A DNA stretch of 24,000 bases from Syntrophomonadaceae bacterium (GTDB lineage: Bacteria; Bacillota; Syntrophomonadia; Syntrophomonadales; Syntrophomonadaceae), in the NCBI GenBank assembly GCA_035353375.1, contig DAOPZM010000019.1:3831-27830 (forward strand). The letters are read 5' to 3'. Below, piece by piece: positions 1 through 9,172 of this stretch. The notes under the pieces were generated by a model. The model was not told the origin of the DNA, searched no databases, and was given only the letters and a program-made list of their open reading frames with translations. Both the position numbers and the translations under genes were made by a program. Each line of letters begins with the position of its first letter. Position 1 is the first letter of the stretch.

Positions 1-75
1 CTGGTGGGATTAAAAGCCCAGTATGCATTGCTGACCGGAGCGGAAGTTTACAGCTGGACTGACTGGATCCAGTAA
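1..75 (+). CDS. 3' end of an unidentified CDS running in from the left window edge (partial)
   Basis: Frame 1 is open from nt 1 to TAA at 73-75 (...LVGLKAQYALLTGAEVYSWTDWIQ*). A + strand intrinsic terminator follows at 123-156. The fragment is too short to identify, and frame 3 is also open for about 60 nt. Confidence 0.3.
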   Translation: MVGLKAQYALLTGAEVYSWTDWIQ

Positions 76-122
76 ACGGAAACATAAACCAAAGCAGAAA
101 CACAAGAAATACAGGTATATTA

Positions 123-156
123 AGGAAGAGCCCGTTAAGCGGCCTCTTCCTTTTTG
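123..156 (+). terminator. Rho-independent terminator of the upstream gene
   Basis: AGGAAGAG (123-130) pairs with CTCTTCCT (144-151). An inner CCG/CGG extension has one mismatch, the loop is 5 nt, and the T-run spans 151-155. Confidence 0.6.
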
Positions 157-229
157 TTGTGCCCGGCATGAAGTAATTAAGCTTACAGCAAAAGTGGTTT
201 GACAACTTAAGGATATGGCAAAACAACTA

Positions 230-259
230 TTGACCAATCAGTCGGTTAATAAGTATAAT
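230..259 (+). promoter_or_regulatory. sigma-A-type promoter candidate for the RND efflux operon
   Basis: TTGACC (230-235), 18-nt spacer, TATAAT (254-259), about 40-60 nt upstream of the adaptor start. The imperfect inverted repeat TTGACC-N8-GGTTAA (230-249) and the palindrome CGACC-GGCG-GGTCG (273-286) are possible operator sites. Confidence 0.4.
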
Positions 260-321
260 GCAATTATGTAGTCGACCGGCGGGTCGGAGGATGAGTTTTG
301 ATTATTATTGGAGGGGTTTTA

Positions 322-1416
322 GTGCAAAAAAAGGCGGGGTTGATCACTGTACTGATATTGGTATTATTAGTTTCCATCATGGCTGTTGGCTGTAATGACA
401 AAGATGAAAAGGAAAAAGAGTCGGAAATTACTGTTACGACAGCAGCAGCAAAAATTCAGGAAATCGCTAAAAGCGCCACATACCCAGGTATTGTCAGAGG
501 GCAGAATGAAGTCTACATAATACCTAAAGTGTCGGCGCGGGTGACCGGCATATATGCTTCCCCCGGCGACCAGGTAAGACAGGGACAGACCTTGATCACT
601 TTGGACAGCAGCGATTATACGGCTTCAGTGCAGCAGGTCCAGGCTGGCAAGCAACTGGCCGAGATAAGCCTGCAGACTGCCCGGGATAATTTTGAACGGA
701 TAGCCAGGCTCTATGAAGCGGAAGCTGTATCACAGAGTGATTATGAAGCGGCCGGGAGGGGAGTTGAAACTGCTGAAGCGGCAGTCGAGCAGGCGGCAGC
801 CGGACTGGCCCAGGTTATGAACACGATAAATAATTGTACGATCACATCTCCAATAAACGGTACTTTAGGCAGCATCAACCTCTCTCTGGGCGATATGGCC
901 AGCCCGTCTTCAACGGCAGCAATAGTCAGTGATACTTCAAGCCTGGAAATAGAAATAATGGTGAGTGAATCAGAAGTAAGTTATATAACTCCCGGCAGCG
1001 AAGTGGATGTTGAGATCAAGGCAGTGGGAGATCAGGTTTTCAGGGGAACTATTGCCAATGTGGCTGCAGTTGCTGATCCGCTTAAACGGAGCTATGCAGT
1101 CAAGGTATCTCTTGATAATCCGGATAATATCATTAAATCCGGTATGTTCGCTGAAGTAACCGGTTCAACCATTAAAAAAACAGATGCGGTTTGTATTCCA
1201 CAAAGTGCCATCGTTCCCAAAGGTGCCACCAATGTAGTCTATGTAGTAGATTCTGAAAACCGCGCCCGGGAAAGACAGGTTACGATAGGAATTGAATCAG
1301 AAACTACTGTGGAGATTACCGAAGGGATAAAAGCAGGAGAAAAAGTGATCACCAAAGGCAACACCCTGGTAAGGGAAGGTACGCTGGTAAAAGTGGTTGG
1401 CGGGGGTGAAAAATAA
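322..1416 (+). CDS. efflux RND transporter periplasmic adaptor subunit (HlyD/MFP family), predicted lipoprotein
   Basis: ORF-track frame 298..1416 has two candidate starts: TTG298 (GGAGG 286-290) and GTG322 (GGAGGGG 310-316). GTG322 gives a canonical lipoprotein signal, MQKK-hydrophobic-AVG|C. An Ala/Glu/Gln-rich alpha-hairpin segment (about aa 105-175) is followed by beta-rich domains, as is typical of MFPs. The stop overlaps the permease start by 1 nt (TAATG at 1414-1418). Confidence 0.85.
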   Translation: MQKKAGLITVLILVLLVSIMAVGCNDKDEKEKESEITVTTAAAKIQEIAKSATYPGIVRGQNEVYIIPKVSARVTGIYASPGDQVRQGQTLITLDSSDYTASVQQVQAGKQLAEISLQTARDNFERIARLYEAEAVSQSDYEAAGRGVETAEAAVEQAAAGLAQVMNTINNCTITSPINGTLGSINLSLGDMASPSSTAAIVSDTSSLEIEIMVSESEVSYITPGSEVDVEIKAVGDQVFRGTIANVAAVADPLKRSYAVKVSLDNPDNIIKSGMFAEVTGSTIKKTDAVCIPQSAIVPKGATNVVYVVDSENRARERQVTIGIESETTVEITEGIKAGEKVITKGNTLVREGTLVKVVGGGEK

Positions 1417-4400
1417 TGCCTTTGGTAAAATTTGCTGTAAAAAGGCCGGTTACTATTATAATCCTGACCTCGGTGTTGCTGATCCTGGGATTTTTTACAT
1501 TTTCAAAACTGCCGCTGGATCTTTATCCGGAAATGGATCTGCCGGTAGCAGCGGTGATAACTTCTTATACCGGGGCCGGCCCTGAGGAGGTGGAAGCTCA
1601 GCTTACCAAACCTTTGGAAAGCGCGGTGACCACTTTAAGCAATATAAACGAACTCCAGTCAATTTCCAGTGATGGTCAGTCGATTCTGATAATCACTTTT
1701 AACTGGGGTACCAATATGGATTTTGCTGCTGCGGATATCCGTGAGAAGATCGGTTATGTAGAATCATATCTTCCCAGTTCGGCTTCTGAACCTATGATCA
1801 TAAAGATGGACCCTACCATGATGCCGATACTGCAGATGGGCATCAGCGGAGGAGACAGTCAGGCAGCTTTGCAGGAGATTGCTGAGACCTATATAGAACC
1901 CAGATTATCAAGGATACCGGAAGTAGCATCGGTTATTATTACCGGCGGGCTTGAACGTGAGGTAACCGTGGAGGTGGACCCGGTTAAGCTGGAAAACTAT
2001 GGTCTCAGCCTTGCTCAGGTCAACTCGGTCTTGCAGACGGAAAACTTCAATATGTCAGGCGGCAAGATGGAACTGGGCGGCAGGGAATACTTCGTACGCA
2101 ACCTGCAGGAGTTTGAGACTGTCAAAGATATTGAGGATGTAGCTATATTGACTGCCACGGGCAATACAGTATATCTGAAAGATATCGCTGACATCGTTGA
2201 CGGATACAAGGATCAGGAACAGATTACCAGGGTCGATGGAGAAAATGCGGTCGGCATCCATATAATGAAACAGAGCGATGCCAATACAGTAAAGGCATGC
2301 CAGGCAGTTCGCGATGAGATGGAGAAGATCAAATCCGAACTGGGCATCGACTTGAATGTTAAGATAGTAATGGATCAGTCTTCCTATATCGTCCAGTCGA
2401 TTGATAATGCCAAAAAAATGATGGTTGAAGGTGCACTGCTGGCTGTCCTGATACTGTTCCTGTTTTTAAGAAACGGGCGCAGCACATTGATTATATTTAC
2501 AGCCATACCTCTTTCAATAATCAGCTGTTTCATTCTTATGTATTTTACCGGGAATACAGTTAACCTACTGACGATTGGAGGTCTGGCCTTAGGGGTCGGC
2601 AGAATTGTCGATGACTCCATCGTTGTGTTCGAAAATATTTACCGTCATCGAAGTATGGGTGAACCGCCGCTGGAAGCAGCCATCAAAGGTGCTTCCGAAG
2701 TCAGCGGTGCTGTCATTGCTTCCACAACGACTTTGGTTGCTGTTTTTATACCTATTGTTTTTGTTGAAGGGCTGGCTTCGATAATTTTTAAGCCGATGGC
2801 ATTGACTATATCCTTCGCGATTTTCTGTTCACTTATGGTTGCATTGACGATTATTCCTTTGATGTCATCAAGGATGTTAAGTGACAAGTCGATGGAGAGC
2901 AGGCCGGATTCTGCCGGCAGAATGGTGCGACTTACCAATAGTTTCGGCCGCTGGCTGGATGATCTGGGAGAAAAATATAAGGAAGTACTGAAAAAGGCTC
3001 TGAATAGAAGACGGGCGGTCATACTGACAGTAACGGTTTTAATGATTGCAGCCCTGGCTTGCATACCCTTTGTCGGTGCCGAGTTCCTGCCGTCTTCCGA
3101 TTCCGGGGAGATTTCGATAACAGTTGAGACGGATAAGGGCAACAAGCTGGAAGCTACTCATGAGATATCCGAACAGGTCGAAGAAAAACTGCGCAGTTTC
3201 CCGGAGGTGGAAACCATATTTGCCAGTGTAGGTTCTTCCGGGACTTCATTGATGAGCGAAAGCAATCAAAGTGATATCGCCACCTTCTATGTCAAGCTGG
3301 TTCCAAAAGATAAGCGCGATATTTCCGTTGAGGACATGACTGAGGAGATACGGCAGGCATTAACAGATATTCCCGGAGCGAAAATAGAGGTCAGTGTATA
3401 TGATATTATGACTATGATGGCTTCCGGGGAACAGATCAATGTGCAGATAAGAGGCGATGATCTGGAAGTCTTAAAAGAATTGTCCAATGAAATTGCTGAA
3501 CTGGTCCGCAAAGTTCCTGGTACCCGTGAAATAGAGGCTTCGCTTACCGATGGCAGCCCCGAGATGCAGGTCAGGATAGACCGGCAAAGAGCAGCCAGCT
3601 ATGGCTTGACACCAATCCAGGTGGCTGCTTCTATCAAGAATGCTATGGAAGGTTCGGTCACAACTACTTATAAGGTCGAAGGCAGCGAAGTAGATGTTCG
3701 AGTACGTTATATTCCCGAAGGCAATAAAAACCTCAACCATTTAAGCGACCTGACTATTCTGTCTCCCAGCGGGGCAGCAGTTAAACTATCCCAGATAGCA
3801 ACCTTTGAAGTTGGCCAGGGTCCGGTTTCCATAGACCGTATTGATCAGGTGCGTTATGCCTCAATTACGGGAAGCCTTTTGAACCGTGACTTAAACAGTG
3901 TTATTACTGATATCCAGGCTGAGGTAGACAAACTTGATTTGCCGGCCGGATATACAGTTGAATATACCGGACAGAACGAAGAGATGATGGATAGTTTCGG
4001 CAGCCTGGCTATTGCTTTGCTGTTAGCTATCTTACTGGTATACGCGGTCATGGCTATTCAGTACGAATCTTTCTTCAGTCCGTTTATAATAATGTTTTCC
4101 GTACCTACCGCCATAATAGGTGTTGTATTCGGTTTGCTTCTGACTGGCAGGACTTTAAGTGTGACGGCCTTTATTGGCTTGATAATGCTGGTCGGTATCG
4201 TGGTCTCCAATGCCATAATACTGGTCGATTATCTCAATAAACTCCGGCAAAGAGGCATGGAACGCAATGAAGCCATAGTCGAAGCAGGACGGGTAAGACT
4301 GCGGCCTATATTGATGACCGCCCTGACTACCATTCTGGCTATGTTGCCAATGGCCTTCGGGCTGGGTGAAGGCGGAGAAATGACTGCTCCGCTGGCAACT

Positions 4401-4541
4401 GTTGTGGTCGGAGGACTGATAGTATCAACCTTTATCACCTTACTTTTAGTTCCGGTAGTATACAGTATCTTTGATGACTGGGGACAAAAAATAAGCCGCA
4501 GATTTAGAGCTGATAAAGCTGAAAATAATATTAAGGCATGA
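1416..4541 (+). CDS. efflux RND transporter permease subunit (AcrB/HAE1-like)
   Basis: 1041 aa with the RND layout: an N-terminal TM helix, two large soluble loops and two hydrophobic clusters (about aa 335-500 and 860-1020). It has the conserved TM4 proton-relay region GLALGVGRIVDDSIVVFENI (compare AcrB D407/D408). It is translationally coupled to the adaptor. Confidence 0.93.
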   Translation: MPLVKFAVKRPVTIIILTSVLLILGFFTFSKLPLDLYPEMDLPVAAVITSYTGAGPEEVEAQLTKPLESAVTTLSNINELQSISSDGQSILIITFNWGTNMDFAAADIREKIGYVESYLPSSASEPMIIKMDPTMMPILQMGISGGDSQAALQEIAETYIEPRLSRIPEVASVIITGGLEREVTVEVDPVKLENYGLSLAQVNSVLQTENFNMSGGKMELGGREYFVRNLQEFETVKDIEDVAILTATGNTVYLKDIADIVDGYKDQEQITRVDGENAVGIHIMKQSDANTVKACQAVRDEMEKIKSELGIDLNVKIVMDQSSYIVQSIDNAKKMMVEGALLAVLILFLFLRNGRSTLIIFTAIPLSIISCFILMYFTGNTVNLLTIGGLALGVGRIVDDSIVVFENIYRHRSMGEPPLEAAIKGASEVSGAVIASTTTLVAVFIPIVFVEGLASIIFKPMALTISFAIFCSLMVALTIIPLMSSRMLSDKSMESRPDSAGRMVRLTNSFGRWLDDLGEKYKEVLKKALNRRRAVILTVTVLMIAALACIPFVGAEFLPSSDSGEISITVETDKGNKLEATHEISEQVEEKLRSFPEVETIFASVGSSGTSLMSESNQSDIATFYVKLVPKDKRDISVEDMTEEIRQALTDIPGAKIEVSVYDIMTMMASGEQINVQIRGDDLEVLKELSNEIAELVRKVPGTREIEASLTDGSPEMQVRIDRQRAASYGLTPIQVAASIKNAMEGSVTTTYKVEGSEVDVRVRYIPEGNKNLNHLSDLTILSPSGAAVKLSQIATFEVGQGPVSIDRIDQVRYASITGSLLNRDLNSVITDIQAEVDKLDLPAGYTVEYTGQNEEMMDSFGSLAIALLLAILLVYAVMAIQYESFFSPFIIMFSVPTAIIGVVFGLLLTGRTLSVTAFIGLIMLVGIVVSNAIILVDYLNKLRQRGMERNEAIVEAGRVRLRPILMTALTTILAMLPMAFGLGEGGEMTAPLATVVVGGLIVSTFITLLLVPVVYSIFDDWGQKISRRFRADKAENNIKA

Positions 4542-4622
4542 TTATTTTGCCCGTTAAGCGAAGGAAAAACTCGGTGCTTTTTTTGTAAATCATTGTCTGC
4601 AGAGGAGAGAAAGGAGATAATC

Positions 4623-5207
4623 ATGGCAACAAACAGTAAGAGCGGCAAAAGGCAGGTTATAATCGAAGCCGGGCTCAAGGTTTTCTCCCAGAAAGGCTTT
4701 CATGATGCCCGTATGGAGGAAATAGCTGCAGCTGCCGGCATAGGTAAAGGTACTATTTATGAGTATTTCAGCAGCAAAAGCCATCTTTTCCAGGAAATAA
4801 TGTCAGTCAGCGTCAATTCCTATTATGAAAACCTTGCGGCTAAAGATCTTAACGCATTGCCTTTCAGGGAACGTATCCAGTTTTTACTTGCAGGGCATTT
4901 ACGTTTTTATATAGAAAATAAGGATTTAACGCGGCTTATTTTCTGGGATGTTGAAATAATGGATGAGGAATTGAAAGAATGGGGCAACAAATTACGTAAA
5001 GAAAAGCAGTTGCTGTTGATAGAAATTATAAAACAAGGGATAGCTGACGGGGAAATCCGGGAATTGGATCCGCAGTTACTGTCATTGCTTATAATGGGCA
5101 GCTTTGCTTCTTTCTGGTTGCCCATTGCTGTTGATGCTGAATTAATCGACCCTGAAGCTACCGCACAGCAAATAACTGACATCATTTTTAATGGGATCAA
5201 ACCTTGA
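4623..5207 (+). CDS. TetR/AcrR family transcriptional regulator
   Basis: N-terminal HTH: AGLKVFSQKGFHDARMEEIAAAAGIGKGTIYEYFSSK. The size (about 194 aa) and helical C-terminal domain are typical of the family. ATG4623 is preceded by GAGGAGAGAAAGGAG; the ORF-track TTG4593 has no RBS. Confidence 0.88.
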   Translation: MATNSKSGKRQVIIEAGLKVFSQKGFHDARMEEIAAAAGIGKGTIYEYFSSKSHLFQEIMSVSVNSYYENLAAKDLNALPFRERIQFLLAGHLRFYIENKDLTRLIFWDVEIMDEELKEWGNKLRKEKQLLLIEIIKQGIADGEIRELDPQLLSLLIMGSFASFWLPIAVDAELIDPEATAQQITDIIFNGIKP

Positions 5208-5279
5208 TAGCATTGATCGATACTAAAGATCATAAGGCATTGAAGAATACTTAAAATACATATTCCAAGGCAGGAACTT

Positions 5280-8200
5280 ATGAAAATAAAAATATACATA
5301 ATAACTATTCTGGTATGCGTTGCCAGTTTTATTGCATTGGCAGTGCAACCGGCTGGTGCTTTTCCTGATACGCGCGGTCACTGGGCACAATCACATATTG
5401 ATTTATTGCAAAGCCGTCAGTTGGTGTCCGGTTATCCTGACGGCTTGTATCAGCCTGAGAATCCTGTTTCACGTCAGGAATTAATTTCATTGATTATAAG
5501 AATCCTGGGTAGAAGTGAAGATGCTTTGCAACTGCAAAAAGGTGAAGCTTCATATAATGATACCGGCGAGGTCTGGGGCAAAGGTTATATAGAGCTGGCC
5601 CGGGAACTGAGCATTGCTCATGGTGATGAAAAAAACCATTTTTATCCAACTGCTCCGGTAACCAGAGAAGAGGCAGTAACTATGATGGTTAACAGTCTGG
5701 AGCTGGGAGAAGAGTCAGAATTTGCTGTTCAGTTCAGTGATGAGGAGGATATTTCCGACTGGGCCCTGAGCAGTGTTGCTGCTGGGCTTAAAATTGGCCT
5801 GATAAACGGCTATCCCGACGGCAGTTTCCGCCCCCGGCAGAATGTCACCCGGGCTGAAGTAACGGTACTGCTGGAAAATTTATTAGGTATTAAAGGACAA
5901 AAATTTCATTTTTACGGGCAGATTTTGAAAATCGATCTGCCAGCCAGAGAAGCCAAAGTTTTAATTGACGGTTCAACACAAGTTTTTGCTTTGTCAGAAA
6001 CAGTTCAGGCTTATCAGGAGAGCAATAACCAACCGGTAACAGAATTACAGCTGCCGGCTAAAGCCTACATCAACGTAAATTCTATGGGACAATTAGCTTA
6101 TTTATATCTGCTTGACCAGTTGCCGGCTGATAATGTCAGCTTATCCTTGGCAAGTTTACCGCAGATTAAACCTGCCACTGACGAGGCGTCAAGCAATCTT
6201 GTGCCGCTGGAGGAAGATGTTGATGAAAATGCGGCGGATTATACTGAAAAGGATTTACCCCGCAGTCTTTATAATACCAAAGAAGCGATGGGGGTTAATG
6301 AATTTATAGAAGATCATGGTATAACCGGGAACGGCCAATTGGTGGCAGTGATTGACAGCGGGATAGACCCGGGACATGTTGATTTACAGAAAACCAGTGA
6401 AGGCTTCCAGAAAATATTGGATTTTGTCGACTTGACTGAGCAGGGAAAAATAATTCTAAAAGCAGCTCCCGGTCAAGATGGTAAATATATTACCGTCGAC
6501 GGTCATAGAATCGATGTCAGCAGTTTGCCCAACAATGCTGATAATTACCGTTACGGTTATCTCAAACTTCCGTCGCTGCCGGTAAGCTTTGATGAGGGGA
6601 ACCAGAATCCCTCAGTTTTAGTAATAGCTACTGCCAGCAAATATGATGAACAGTTCGATACGGTTTTTATAGATACTGATAGGGATTATCAGTTAAATGA
6701 CGAGATCGCTGTTAAAAGGTACAGCCAGATGCACCAGTTTGTTTCTATAAAAGGACTTGATGGCAGAAAGCTGAATCTGGTATTAAGCGAGATACCCAGT
6801 GAAGGTACATTCATTAAGCTGTCTTTTGACAGCCTGGGGCATGGAACCCAGGTGGCAGGGATAGTAGCAGCCAATGGTAAAATAAAGGGAGTAGCCCCCG
6901 GAGCACAGATCTTGCCTATCAAAGTTTCAGACAGTATGGGAGTGGCCTCGCTAAGCAATTTGGTCAAAGCAGTAAGGCTGGCAGCTGAACGCGGGGCAAA
7001 AGTGGCAGTCATCAGTATGGGTCAGTATGATTTGACAGCTGATGAGAAACAAATGCTGAATGAAGCTGTGGAAGAAGTCTTCACCGAGTATGGACTTATT
7101 ATATTTATAGCTGCCGGCAATGAGGGACCGGGGATCGAAACAACAGCCAGCACGGCTGCCATTAGAAATGTTATCAGTGTTGGTGCTTATGCTACACCTG
7201 CCATGTGGAAAAATGACTATGGCTGGTCAGTTGCGGGGCCGACCATGTGGTATTTCAGTTCTTCCGGACCAGCCAGTAATGGAAATATAGCACCGGCAGT
7301 AATTGCTCCCGGCAGCGTTATATCAACTTATCCGCTCTGGGGCGATAAAATGTACCGGCTGAGTGAAGGTACCAGTATTGCTGCACCTCATGCTGCCGGA
7401 GCGGCGGCATTATTGGCCAGTGCTCTCAGTCAGGAACTGTATCGTCATGATACTCAATCAGTTTATTATGCCATACTGGAAGGTGCACTTCGCATTGATT
7501 CCTTCAGCAGAGCAGAACAGGGAATGGGAGCGGTAAATATACTGAATGCCTGGGAGCAGCTGCAAAAAGGGGAAAAAGAAATAATAGCATATGAAACCAA
7601 ACAATACAGCCCTGATTATGGTTATACCAACAGTCTTTACTCAAGGCTTTTACAGCCGGCTGAATTATGGCTTACTGTTTATAATAACAGCGATAAAAAC
7701 TACAATATGGCGGCCGGCGGACTGTCATCCTGGATAAAACCGGAACAGTATACTATCCAACTGCCCGGTCATGGATATCGCAATATAGAAATTACCTACG
7801 ACCAGTTAAATGATGCCGGCTTATACAGCGAATTAATACTACTTGATGATATCGACACCCCCGGGTATGATATATCAGTCCTGCAGACTCTGGTGGTACC
7901 GGTTCAATTACAGAAGGCGGAAAACAATCAATACTCCGACGAAACTCAGCTGCCCGCCGGACAGATGCAAAGATATTATTTCTACGTACCACCCGGCGCA
8001 GATAAACTTAACTTCAGCCTGGATGTCGGCGATAAAGGACGGGCGCGTATGCATGTGATCTCACCTTTGGCAAATACCAGGACCAGCTCTTATGCCGGAG
8101 TTGGTGAAATTCAGGTACAGGCTTCTGTTTCGCTGGAATACAGCCAACCTGAAACTGGTACTTGGGAAGTAGTAGTATACAGCTCAGCTTCGCTCAGTGA

Positions 8201-8486
8201 TTATAAATTGAAAGCGACCAGTTATAAATTGACCGTCGGTATTCAAGGCTGGCAGGAGCAAAGCAGCCAGCCTCCCAGCAATAAATATTTGGTTACAGCT
8301 ATTACCGATAAAGTGATAAAAGGAGAAAAAAGCATTGTTACATTAAACTTTTGGGATCCTGTCACCAAAAAACCTGCCGATGGGGTAGTTGCTATTGAAG
8401 AGCGCCTCTATGAAATCCATAATGGTATGGTGCAAATTCCTGTCATCCCCCTCACCGATCAAATCCATCTTACTATCGCCTGGTAA
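5280..8486 (+). CDS. S-layer-homology (SLH) domain-anchored S8 family serine peptidase (pyrolysin/TPPII-like)
   Basis: Signal peptide MKIKIYIITILVCVASFIALAVQPAGA|FPD. Three SLH repeats span about aa 28-205 (FPDTRGHWAQ...GYPDGLYQP; YNDTGEVWGKGYIE...; FSDEEDISDWA...GYPDGSFRP). The S8 catalytic motifs are VAVIDSGID (D359, nt 6354-6356), HGTQVAGI (H521, nt 6840-6842), AAGNEG (N614) and GTSIAAPHAAGAAALL (S699, nt 7374-7376). A beta-rich tail of about 370 aa follows. Confidence 0.88.
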   Translation: MKIKIYIITILVCVASFIALAVQPAGAFPDTRGHWAQSHIDLLQSRQLVSGYPDGLYQPENPVSRQELISLIIRILGRSEDALQLQKGEASYNDTGEVWGKGYIELARELSIAHGDEKNHFYPTAPVTREEAVTMMVNSLELGEESEFAVQFSDEEDISDWALSSVAAGLKIGLINGYPDGSFRPRQNVTRAEVTVLLENLLGIKGQKFHFYGQILKIDLPAREAKVLIDGSTQVFALSETVQAYQESNNQPVTELQLPAKAYINVNSMGQLAYLYLLDQLPADNVSLSLASLPQIKPATDEASSNLVPLEEDVDENAADYTEKDLPRSLYNTKEAMGVNEFIEDHGITGNGQLVAVIDSGIDPGHVDLQKTSEGFQKILDFVDLTEQGKIILKAAPGQDGKYITVDGHRIDVSSLPNNADNYRYGYLKLPSLPVSFDEGNQNPSVLVIATASKYDEQFDTVFIDTDRDYQLNDEIAVKRYSQMHQFVSIKGLDGRKLNLVLSEIPSEGTFIKLSFDSLGHGTQVAGIVAANGKIKGVAPGAQILPIKVSDSMGVASLSNLVKAVRLAAERGAKVAVISMGQYDLTADEKQMLNEAVEEVFTEYGLIIFIAAGNEGPGIETTASTAAIRNVISVGAYATPAMWKNDYGWSVAGPTMWYFSSSGPASNGNIAPAVIAPGSVISTYPLWGDKMYRLSEGTSIAAPHAAGAAALLASALSQELYRHDTQSVYYAILEGALRIDSFSRAEQGMGAVNILNAWEQLQKGEKEIIAYETKQYSPDYGYTNSLYSRLLQPAELWLTVYNNSDKNYNMAAGGLSSWIKPEQYTIQLPGHGYRNIEITYDQLNDAGLYSELILLDDIDTPGYDISVLQTLVVPVQLQKAENNQYSDETQLPAGQMQRYYFYVPPGADKLNFSLDVGDKGRARMHVISPLANTRTSSYAGVGEIQVQASVSLEYSQPETGTWEVVVYSSASLSDYKLKATSYKLTVGIQGWQEQSSQPPSNKYLVTAITDKVIKGEKSIVTLNFWDPVTKKPADGVVAIEERLYEIHNGMVQIPVIPLTDQIHLTIAW

Positions 8487-8561
8487 ATGTCCCGGCAAAT
8501 TTCCTTTTTTTATTTTCCTCTGTTACACTATCAATAAAATTAGAAAAAAAGGAGGCCGCTC

Positions 8562-8975
8562 ATGGAAAGCGAATTGATTGAAAAAGCCCGGGACTTGATC
8601 AATGCCAATTATATTTCAACTACACTAAGTACAGTCGACAAGGACTATAATGTAAATATCGCGGTAATATCAGTCATGGAAATGATCGGAGACGATACGA
8701 TCATTGCTGCGAGGTTCGGAGCTGAAAAAACTTATGCCAATCTTAAGGAAACCGGCGGGGGAGTATTCATGGTTCTGCTGGCTGATGAAAGCCGGCAGAC
8801 TAAAGAGGGTATCCGCGTATATGTAAAATTGCAGGATGACTTGACCGCGGGTGAATTTTACGACAGAATAAAGCAGAGATTGGAGCAGACAAAATATAGC
8901 AGTTTCCCGCTGAAGAATTGCCTGGTTTTTAAGATAACAGATATTTTGCCGGTCTCACTGCTGAAAAAGGCTTGA
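8562..8975 (+). CDS. hypothetical protein, possibly a pyridoxamine 5'-phosphate oxidase-like FMN-binding split-barrel protein
   Basis: 137-aa ORF with AAGGAGG (8543-8549) 12 nt upstream of the ATG. The N-terminal pattern ...ARDLINANYISTTLSTVDKDYNVNIAVISV...DDTIIAARFGAEKTYANLKETGGG resembles PNPOx-like family openings. The functional call is from memory only. Confidence 0.5.
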   Translation: MESELIEKARDLINANYISTTLSTVDKDYNVNIAVISVMEMIGDDTIIAARFGAEKTYANLKETGGGVFMVLLADESRQTKEGIRVYVKLQDDLTAGEFYDRIKQRLEQTKYSSFPLKNCLVFKITDILPVSLLKKA

Positions 8976-9172
8976 ATAATGGTACGGTAATTTTACCGGA
9001 GCATATGTTAATATTAAAAGTTCGGGGATAAATAGAATAGAAATGTCTAAGCTTTTGTATCAAGCTGGAGAGTTGTAAGGTATAAAGATAAGAAAAATTA
9101 CTGGAATCACATAGGATTGACAGTGTTGTGATTTGATCTGGCAAAAAAATGGACAAAGGTGGAGGTATTAAA

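Noticed and set aside
10-237. 75-aa ORF on the minus strand at the left edge.
   Set aside because: It lies antisense to a + strand gene tail, its terminator hairpin and the promoter region. Its composition is low-complexity and rich in Cys, Phe and Leu. It has no RBS and no recognisable family, so it is most likely a shadow ORF.
1397-1585. Same-strand alternative-frame ORFs (1397..1585, 6112..6309, 7843..8058, 8389..8577, 13911..14102, 18428..18619).
   Set aside because: Each overlaps a well-supported gene in another frame and has no independent translation signals or family resemblance.
4551-4561. The 11-mer CCCGTTAAGCG is shared between the terminator loop at 131-141 and the region just after the RND permease stop.
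   Set aside because: Tens of exact 11-mer coincidences are expected by chance among all position pairs in 24 kb. The flanks do not extend the match.
4556-4586. Possible terminator after the RND permease (T7 run at 4579-4585).
   Set aside because: Only a 4-bp AAGC/GCTT stem can be drawn. The alternative CCG/CGG pairing would cross it. This is too weak to call, so the TetR gene may be co-transcribed.
2015-4784. Multiple antisense ORFs inside the RND permease gene (for example 2645..3145, 4229..4678 and 4590..4784 on the minus strand). Similar ones lie inside other genes (4907..5299, 6689..7012, 11348..11716, 16167..16427, 17427..17741, 19163..19429, 19423..19707, 21907..22227).
   Set aside because: All are fully embedded opposite long, motif-supported + strand genes. 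They have no RBS and show skewed low-complexity composition, so they are typical shadow ORFs.
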